From positions 256,001 through 320,000 of the forward strand of contig OZ251997.1 in NCBI GenBank assembly GCA_965247095.1: a DNA stretch of 64,000 bases. The letters are read 5' to 3'. The translations under genes were made by a program, and so were the position numbers. Shown here in pieces: positions 56,301-64,000 of this stretch; position 1 is the stretch's first letter; every line of letters starts with the position of its first letter. The DNA is from Candidatus Multivorans sp. (GTDB taxonomy: Bacteria; Acidobacteriota; Thermoanaerobaculia; Multivoradales; Multivoraceae). The notes beneath the pieces are model-generated. The model was given only the letters and a program-made list of their open reading frames with translations. It was not told the origin of the DNA and ran no database searches.

Positions 56301-57074
56301 TCAACGCGCCGATTCGGCCTGCGCGCGACCGCGGGCGCGGACGCCGGCCAGCCGCTCGCCGACCTCTTCCGGCTTCGGCGACTGGTACATGCGGTTGATC
56401 TCGACCTCGTAGTCCATGGCGTCGCCCAGGTTGAGGTCGAAGCCGCGGTCGATCATCCGCTTGTACTGGAACATCACATCGCGCTGGCAGGTGAGCATGT
56501 CGGCCGCCAGGGCGCGGCATGTGGGCAGGAGCTCCGCTCGCGGGACGATGCGGTTGACCAGGCCCCACTCGCAGGCCCGTTCGGCCGACAGGTAGTTGCC
56601 GGTGAGCGAGAGTTCCTTGGCTCGCGCCATGCCGATGGCCCGTGACAGCCGGGAGGAGAGACCCCAACCGGAGAGCAGGCCGATCCGGGCGTGGGTGTCG
56701 GCGAAACGCGCTTCGGGGGTTGCGATCAGCAGATCGCAGGACAGGGCGATCTCGAAGCCGCCGGTCACGGCGATGCCGTTGATCGCGCCGATCACGGGTT
56801 GGTGGAGCGAGCGGAGCAATTTCGGCGGGTCGGCGATGGCCTTGCGCTTGCGGTTCGGATCGCTCATCTCCTTCAGGTCGAGGCCGGCGCAGAAGGCGCG
56901 CCCCGCGCCGGTCAGGATGACCACTCCCACCTCGTCATCCCCGCGCAGGTCCTCGATCGTCAGGGCGAGCAGGTCGCGCAGCTCTTCCGAGAGGGCGTTC
57001 AGCACGCCCGGGCGATTCAGCGTGAGGGTCGCGATGCCCTCGGATTTCTCGACCGACAGCACCGGCGCCGACAT
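56301..57074 (-). CDS. Enoyl-CoA hydratase/isomerase family protein
   Basis: LTLNRP..LNAL, AFCAGLDL, TGGFEIAL, FADTHARIG. Confidence 0.93.
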   Translation of the reverse strand: MSAPVLSVEKSEGIATLTLNRPGVLNALSEELRDLLALTIEDLRGDDEVGVVILTGAGRAFCAGLDLKEMSDPNRKRKAIADPPKLLRSLHQPVIGAINGIAVTGGFEIALSCDLLIATPEARFADTHARIGLLSGWGLSSRLSRAIGMARAKELSLTGNYLSAERACEWGLVNRIVPRAELLPTCRALAADMLTCQRDVMFQYKRMIDRGFDLNLGDAMDYEVEINRMYQSPKPEEVGERLAGVRARGRAQAESAR

Positions 57075-57162
57075 GGCTCGAACGCTCCTTCCCGGGTTGA
57101 ACGGCTGGCATCTTACGGCACTGCGGGTAGGCTCTTCACGTATCTGCAGGAGGGAGCCAGCG

Positions 57163-58959
57163 ATGCGACGAGAACCTAGCCGTTCGGCGGATCGGAAGCC
57201 TGTAACCCTGGACCGCCGGACGCTGATGGCCGGGGTGGCGGGTGGCGCCGCGCTCGCGATCGGCTGCGGCGCAGGTGCTGAGCCGGGCGCATCCGAGTCG
57301 CAGGCCGCCGTATCAGGCGGTTGGACGCCGCCGGGCGACGAGGACCGGCGCGCCCTCGTATCGACGGCGCATTTCGGCCCCAAGCGGGCCGTCCGGAGCG
57401 CGAACGGCATAGCCATCTGCACCCATCCGCTCGCCGCTGCTGCGGCCGCCGACATGATCGCGCTGGGCGGCAACGCCTGCGACGGCGTGCTCGCCGCGAG
57501 CATTGCCCAGGCCGTGGTCGAGCCGCACATGACGACGCTGTCGGGCTGTCTCTCGATGCTCTACTACGACGCCGCTTCGGGCGAGTACAGCTACGTCAAC
57601 GGGATGATGGCGGCGCCGCAGGCGGTGCCGGATGTTCGCGGCATGGACGTAGCCGGGTTCGGGGCCCTGATGGCGAAGACCGACGGGACCCTCTGTTTCG
57701 TGCCCGGCTTCTGGGGCGGCTTCGAGGCCGGGCACGACCGCCATGGCCGGCTGCCGCGGGCCACCGTGATGGCGCCGGCGATCCACTACGCCCGCCACGG
57801 CTTCGAGATCCACCCCTTCCTGTGGGGCGAGATGTTCGTCGAGTCGTCGGTGCTGGGACGGGCGCTCTTCAGCCGCGAGATCTACTTTCGCGGCAGCACG
57901 CTCCGCGACATCGGCGACCTTCTGGTGCAGAGCGCGCTCGCGGACACCCTCGAGCGGCTCGTCGCAGAAGGCAGCGACCACTTCTACCGGGGCGAGTTCG
58001 GCCGCCGCTACGCCGAGACGGTACAGGCCAAGGGCGGTTTGATCACCGCGGAGGACATGGCGTCCTATGAGGCGTTCTGGGACGAGCCGGTGCACGGAAC
58101 CTACCGCGACTACGGCGTCGTCGGCTCGCCGGCGCCGGACTTCGGCGGTCAGGCGCTGGTCGAGATCATGAACATGGTCGAACTGCTGGACCTCCAGGCG
58201 GTGGGGCCGGCGTTCGAGTCCGGCGAGACGACGCTCAAGATGATGCAGATCGTCGGCCGGGTGTACGCCGACGCGGTCGGCGGCCGGTTCGACGGCACGC
58301 TGCCCGAAGTCGAGCGAGCGATCTCCAAGGAGTACGCGGAGGAGCGGTTCGCCGCGCTCGAGGGCCGTCCGGCCAGCCCCAACGACCGGTACGCGGCAGC
58401 CGGACCGATCCCGCCTCCGCCGGGCTCGAACCACGTCACGGTGGTCGACGCCGAGGGCAACGTCGCCACGGTGCTGCACTCGGTCATGTCGATGCCGTTC
58501 AGGACCGGCATCTACGTCGACGGCGTGTACGCCTGCGCGTCGGGCGTTCACCTGGGCTCCGGGCCGGTCGAGCCCGGGGCAAGGGCGCACGCGCGGATCT
58601 GCCCGAACATGTTCACCCGGCACGGCCGACCGGTGCTCGCCTCCGGGTCGCCGAGCGTGTCACTGACCGAGAACATCGTCCAGAACTCCGTGAACCTGCT
58701 CGACTTCGGCCTCGACCTCGAGACCTCGGTCCACAAGCCGCGGTTCGGCGGCTCGTCGATGAACGTTCCCGGGGCGCTGATGGTGGAGGCCGATCTGCCC
58801 GGGGGACCGGCGCGGCTGCTCCAGGAAGCCGGCGCGACCGTAGACGTGGTGAACCCCTGGAACTGGCTGTGCGGTTCGTTCGAGGGCGTCCTGATCGAGG
58901 AGGACGGCGCTGTGGCATGCGGCGACCCGAGGCGCACGGCGCAGGCGGTAGCTGTTTGA
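57163..58959 (+). CDS. Gamma-glutamyltransferase family protein with Tat-type (lipo)signal
   Basis: DRRTLMAG..LAIGC; GGNACD, VVEPHM, AIHYARHGF, HVTVVDAEGN, GDPRR. Confidence 0.88.
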   Translation: MRREPSRSADRKPVTLDRRTLMAGVAGGAALAIGCGAGAEPGASESQAAVSGGWTPPGDEDRRALVSTAHFGPKRAVRSANGIAICTHPLAAAAAADMIALGGNACDGVLAASIAQAVVEPHMTTLSGCLSMLYYDAASGEYSYVNGMMAAPQAVPDVRGMDVAGFGALMAKTDGTLCFVPGFWGGFEAGHDRHGRLPRATVMAPAIHYARHGFEIHPFLWGEMFVESSVLGRALFSREIYFRGSTLRDIGDLLVQSALADTLERLVAEGSDHFYRGEFGRRYAETVQAKGGLITAEDMASYEAFWDEPVHGTYRDYGVVGSPAPDFGGQALVEIMNMVELLDLQAVGPAFESGETTLKMMQIVGRVYADAVGGRFDGTLPEVERAISKEYAEERFAALEGRPASPNDRYAAAGPIPPPPGSNHVTVVDAEGNVATVLHSVMSMPFRTGIYVDGVYACASGVHLGSGPVEPGARAHARICPNMFTRHGRPVLASGSPSVSLTENIVQNSVNLLDFGLDLETSVHKPRFGGSSMNVPGALMVEADLPGGPARLLQEAGATVDVVNPWNWLCGSFEGVLIEEDGAVACGDPRRTAQAVAV

Positions 58960-59708
58960 GAATCCCGGTGCTCCGGCTCCTGCCGGCGTTCGCACTCGCG
59001 ACGGCCGGCGCCTTCGCCGGTGAGGTGACTGTGGCGGTGGCGGCCAACGCGGCAGAAGCGATCGAGACGCTCGCCGCCGAGTTCGAACAGGACAGCGGCC
59101 ACCGGGTCACCGTGACGGTCGGCTCGACGGGCAAGCTCTACGCCCAGATCCTCCACGGCGCGCCGTTCGACCTGTTCCTCGCCGCCGACCAGGAGCGCCC
59201 GCGGCTGCTGGTGGAGCAAGGGCTCGCGGCCCCGAACTCGCGCACGACGTATGCCGTTGGTCGACTCGTGCTCTGGCGCCCGGTGCCCGAAGCGTTCACC
59301 GACGCGGCCGCCGTGTTGCGCGAAGGCGCCTTCCGCCGGCTCGCAATCGCGAATCCTGATCTTGCGCCCTACGGCGCCGCCGCTCGCGACACGCTGCGCG
59401 AGCTCGGCCTCTGGGAGAGCCTCCGGTCGAAGATCGTGGTCGGTGAGAACGTGGGTCAGGCCTTCGCCATGGTGGCTTCGGGGAACGCGGAACTCGGCTT
59501 CGTCGCGCTCTCCTCGGTGCTCAGCGCCCGGACAACGCAGCCGGGGCGCCGTTGGGAGGTTCCCCCGCACTTTCACGCGCCGATCCGCCAGGACGCGGTG
59601 CTGCTCGACCGCGCCAGGGCCAACCCGGCGGCGCGCGACTTCCTTCGTTTTTTGGGCAGCCCGCGGGCGCGGAAATCCATCGCGTCCTTCGGCTACCTGG
59701 TCGACTAG
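58956..59708 (+). CDS. modA: Molybdate ABC transporter substrate-binding protein
   Basis: VAVAAN, GSTGKLYAQI, ANPDLAPYG, GENV. Confidence 0.95.
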   Translation: MRIPVLRLLPAFALATAGAFAGEVTVAVAANAAEAIETLAAEFEQDSGHRVTVTVGSTGKLYAQILHGAPFDLFLAADQERPRLLVEQGLAAPNSRTTYAVGRLVLWRPVPEAFTDAAAVLREGAFRRLAIANPDLAPYGAAARDTLRELGLWESLRSKIVVGENVGQAFAMVASGNAELGFVALSSVLSARTTQPGRRWEVPPHFHAPIRQDAVLLDRARANPAARDFLRFLGSPRARKSIASFGYLVD

Positions 59709-59735
59709 CTCCTCGGGCGCCGGAGTACCTGCGCG

Positions 59736-60402
59736 ATGGACCTGCCCGAACTCGGCCCGCTCTGGCTCAGCCTGCAACTCGCGGCCGCGGCGACCGCGGT
59801 GTTGATCGTCCTCGGTACGCCGCTCGCGTGGTGGCTGGCGCGCACCCGTTCGCGGATCAAGCCGGTTGTCGAGGCGGTCACCGCGCTGCCGCTGGTGCTG
59901 CCGCCGACCGTGCTCGGCTTCTACCTGTTGCTGCTGATGAGCCCGCGCTCCTCCTTGGGCCGCCTGTGGGTGGAGATCACCGACACGACGCTCACCTTCT
60001 CGTTCGCGGGCCTGCTGGTCGCCTCCGTCGTCTACTCGCTGCCCTTCATGGTTCAGCCGCTCCAGGCCGCCTTCGAGTCGCTGGGACGGGGTCCGCTCGA
60101 GGCGGCCGCCGCGCTTCGGGCCTCGCCGATCGACGCCTTCCTCACCGTCGCCGCGCCGCTGTCTCTGCGGGGTTTCCTGACCGCGGCGGTGCTCACCTTC
60201 GCGCACACGATCGGCGAGTTCGGGGTCGTGCTGATGGTGGGCGGCAACATCCCGGGCAAGACGCGGGTGATCTCGATCGCCATCTACGAGCACGTCGAGA
60301 CCCTGCGCTACGCCGAGGCCCACACCCTGGCCGCGGGTTTGCTGCTGTTCGCGTTTGCGGCGCTCGTGTTCGTCTATGTCTTCAACCGGAGGCTGCCGGT
60401 CC

Positions 60403-60413
<11 letters not shown>
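59736..60413 (+). CDS. modB: Molybdate ABC transporter permease
   Basis: LPLVLPPTVLGFYLL, FAHTIGEFG. Confidence 0.96.
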
Positions 60414-61677
<1,264 letters not shown>

Positions 61678-61705
61678 CGACCGCCCGTCTGCTACGGTCG
61701 CCGCC

Positions 61706-63019
61706 TTGCCCGAGCAGCAGAGGAAGTCAGAGACGGAGCAATTCAGTCCAGGGTACGCCCGCTACGTGCTCGGCGTGCTGTTCCTGGTCTACGTTTTCAA
61801 CTTCATCGACCGGCAGATCCTCTCGATCCTGATCGATCCGATCAAGGAGGAACTCGGGGCATCGGACACCCAGATGGGTTTCCTGACCGGGATCGCCTTC
61901 GCGGTCTTCTACACCGGGTTCGGCATTCCCATCGCGCGCTGGGCGGACCGCGGCGTGCGGCGGTCGATCATCGCGATCGGTCTGACCGTGTGGAGCGTGA
62001 TGACCGCGCTCTGCGGCCTGGCCCAGAACTTCCTCCAGCTTGCGGCGGCGCGCATCGGCGTCGGCGTCGGCGAAGCGGCGGGCAGCCCACCTGCGCACTC
62101 TCTGATCTCGGACTACTTCCCGCCTGAACGCCGGGCGGCGGCGCTCTCGATCTACAACATCGGCATTCCGGTGGGCGTGATGATCGGCTACCTTGCCGGC
62201 GGTTGGATCGTCGAGTTCTTCAACTGGCGGGTCGCGTTCTTCGTTGTCGGGATTCCCGGCGTGCTGCTGGCGCTTGTGATGCGCTTCACCGTTCGCGAAC
62301 CGCCGCGCGGTATGTCGGAGGCGGCGGGCGCCGATACAGAGTCGTACTCGCTGGGCGAAGTCGTCCGGTTCCTCAGGTCCCTGCGCTCCTTCATGCTGCT
62401 GGCGGTCGCTTCGGGGATCGCCTCGCTCACTGCCTACGGTTTCGGCGCCTGGGTGCCTCCCTTCCTGGGCCGGGTCCACGGCATGGGCAGCGGTGAGATC
62501 GGCACCTGGATGGGGCTCGGGACCGGCATCGGCGGCGCGCTGGGCATGGTGATCACCGGCTTCGTGGCCGACCGGTTGGCCAAGCGCGATCCACGCTGGT
62601 ACGCGTGGATCGGCGCCGGCACGATCGCCGTCTACTTCCCGTTCATGGTCGCCTTCCTGCTGGTCGACGAGGCGATTCCGGCCATCCTCTTCTACTTCGT
62701 TCCGCTGACCCTGGGCGCCGTCTATCTCGGCCCGGCGATCGCCATGACCCACGCCCTGGTCACGGTCAGGATGCGGGCGCTCGCGTCCTCCATCCTGCTG
62801 TTCATCCTGAACCTGATCGGAATGGGTCTCGGCCCGCAGATCGTCGGTTTCCTGAACGACGTGCTCGAACCCAAGTACGGCATCGAGTCGATCCGCTACT
62901 CCCTGCTCTGGGTGGGCATGGCGAAGATCCTCGCCTTGGTACTGTTCCTGCTGGCGGCGAAGTACGTCAAGGAAGACCTGAAGGCGAAGCATCGGCTGGG
63001 CGGCGCGGCGGAGGCGTAG
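61706..63019 (+). CDS. MFS transporter (Spinster-like)
   Basis: FNFIDRQILSIL, ARWADR, GVGEAAGSPPAHSLISDYFP; start uncertain (TTG 61706). Confidence 0.92.
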   Translation: MPEQQRKSETEQFSPGYARYVLGVLFLVYVFNFIDRQILSILIDPIKEELGASDTQMGFLTGIAFAVFYTGFGIPIARWADRGVRRSIIAIGLTVWSVMTALCGLAQNFLQLAAARIGVGVGEAAGSPPAHSLISDYFPPERRAAALSIYNIGIPVGVMIGYLAGGWIVEFFNWRVAFFVVGIPGVLLALVMRFTVREPPRGMSEAAGADTESYSLGEVVRFLRSLRSFMLLAVASGIASLTAYGFGAWVPPFLGRVHGMGSGEIGTWMGLGTGIGGALGMVITGFVADRLAKRDPRWYAWIGAGTIAVYFPFMVAFLLVDEAIPAILFYFVPLTLGAVYLGPAIAMTHALVTVRMRALASSILLFILNLIGMGLGPQIVGFLNDVLEPKYGIESIRYSLLWVGMAKILALVLFLLAAKYVKEDLKAKHRLGGAAEA

Positions 63020-63042
63020 GCCTTAACCCCTGGAGAACGAAC

Positions 63043-64000
63043 ATGATGTTGACAGTGAAGCGCGCTCTGACCTTGACCGCAATCCTTGTCCTATGGCTGG
63101 GCGCGACCTCCGCGGTTTCCGCCCAGGCCCTGCCCGACGGCCTCACCAAGGTGGCGAGCGTCGAGGGGATCACCGAGTACCAGTTGGAGAACGGGCTCAG
63201 GTTCCTGCTCTTCCCCGACCAGGGCAAGCAGCAGGTCACGGTCAACATCACGTACTTCGTGGGCTCGCGCCACGAGGGCTACGGCGAGACGGGGATGGCT
63301 CACCTGCTCGAGCACCTGGCCTTCAAGGGCACGCCGAACCATCCGGACATCCCCGCCGAGCTAACCGAGCACGGCGCCTTCCCCAATGGGACGACCTGGT
63401 TCGACCGCACGAACTACTACGAGACCTTCCCGGCCACGGACGAGAACCTGGTGTGGGCGCTCGATCTGGAGGCTGACCGGATGGTCAACTCCTTCATCTC
63501 GGCCGAGGACCTCGAGTCCGAGATGACCGTGGTGCGGAACGAGTGGGAGTCGGGAGAGAACCAGCCCGGGAGCGTGCTACGGAAGCGCGTGATGTCCGCC
63601 GCCTTCGACTGGCACAACTACGGCAACTCGACGATCGGGGCGCGGGCAGACCTGGAGAACGTGCCGATCGAGCGCCTGCAGGCCTTCTACCGGAAGTACT
63701 ACCAGCCCGACAATGCGATCCTGGTGGTCGCCGGCCGGTTCGAGGTCGAGAGGGCCCTGGAACTGGCGGCGGAGAAGTTCGGCGCCATCCCGCGGCCCGA
63801 GCGGACCGGCGCGAACAGGCTGTTCGGCACCTACACGGCCGAGCCGGCGCAGGACGGTGAGCGGACGGTGACGCTACGGCGGGTCGGCGACGTGCAGCTC
63901 GTGATGGCCGCGTACCACGTGCCGCCGGGCGCCCACGAGCAGTTCGCGGCGGTCGATGTGCTGACCCACGTGCTGAGCGCCAGGCCGGCCGGACGCCTCT
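63043..64000 (+). CDS. M16 (pitrilysin-family) zinc peptidase, runs off the window
   Basis: Translated by hand: signal peptide, LENGL, VGSRHEGYGETGMAHLLEH (HXXEH), DRTNYYE, YYQPDNA. Confidence 0.93.
   Translation, partial: MMLTVKRALTLTAILVLWLGATSAVSAQALPDGLTKVASVEGITEYQLENGLRFLLFPDQGKQQVTVNITYFVGSRHEGYGETGMAHLLEHLAFKGTPNHPDIPAELTEHGAFPNGTTWFDRTNYYETFPATDENLVWALDLEADRMVNSFISAEDLESEMTVVRNEWESGENQPGSVLRKRVMSAAFDWHNYGNSTIGARADLENVPIERLQAFYRKYYQPDNAILVVAGRFEVERALELAAEKFGAIPRPERTGANRLFGTYTAEPAQDGERTVTLRRVGDVQLVMAAYHVPPGAHEQFAAVDVLTHVLSARPAGRL

Overview
GC-rich bacterial window. The gene content (acidobacterial VWA proteins, ASPIC/UnbV plus TPR pair, carboxypeptidase-regulatory-domain TonB receptors) points to Acidobacteriota, possibly Thermoanaerobaculia-like (inference). 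It holds about 50 genes: a tandem RND pump pair, two intact TonB-dependent receptors, a five-member tandem array of secreted VWA-like paralogs (two internally deleted), a Tat-signal ThDP enzyme next to a cytochrome c, a Rieske-ThDP fusion, ctaA/ctaB (ctaB frameshifted at a G8 tract), a VapBC pair, ugd/uxs, a PHA cluster (phaR, phasin, phaE-like, phaC, MaoC, SDR), an OLD-like ATPase-TOPRIM nuclease, modABC, an MFS transporter and an M16 peptidase. No rRNA, tRNA, CRISPR array, integrase or transposase was recognised. Most notable: the VWA array with a hypervariable loop and a gene-conversion tract; the possible periplasmic ThDP/cytochrome c module; six genes condensed by internal deletions; and three REP-like repeat families, one of which sits in frame inside modC.
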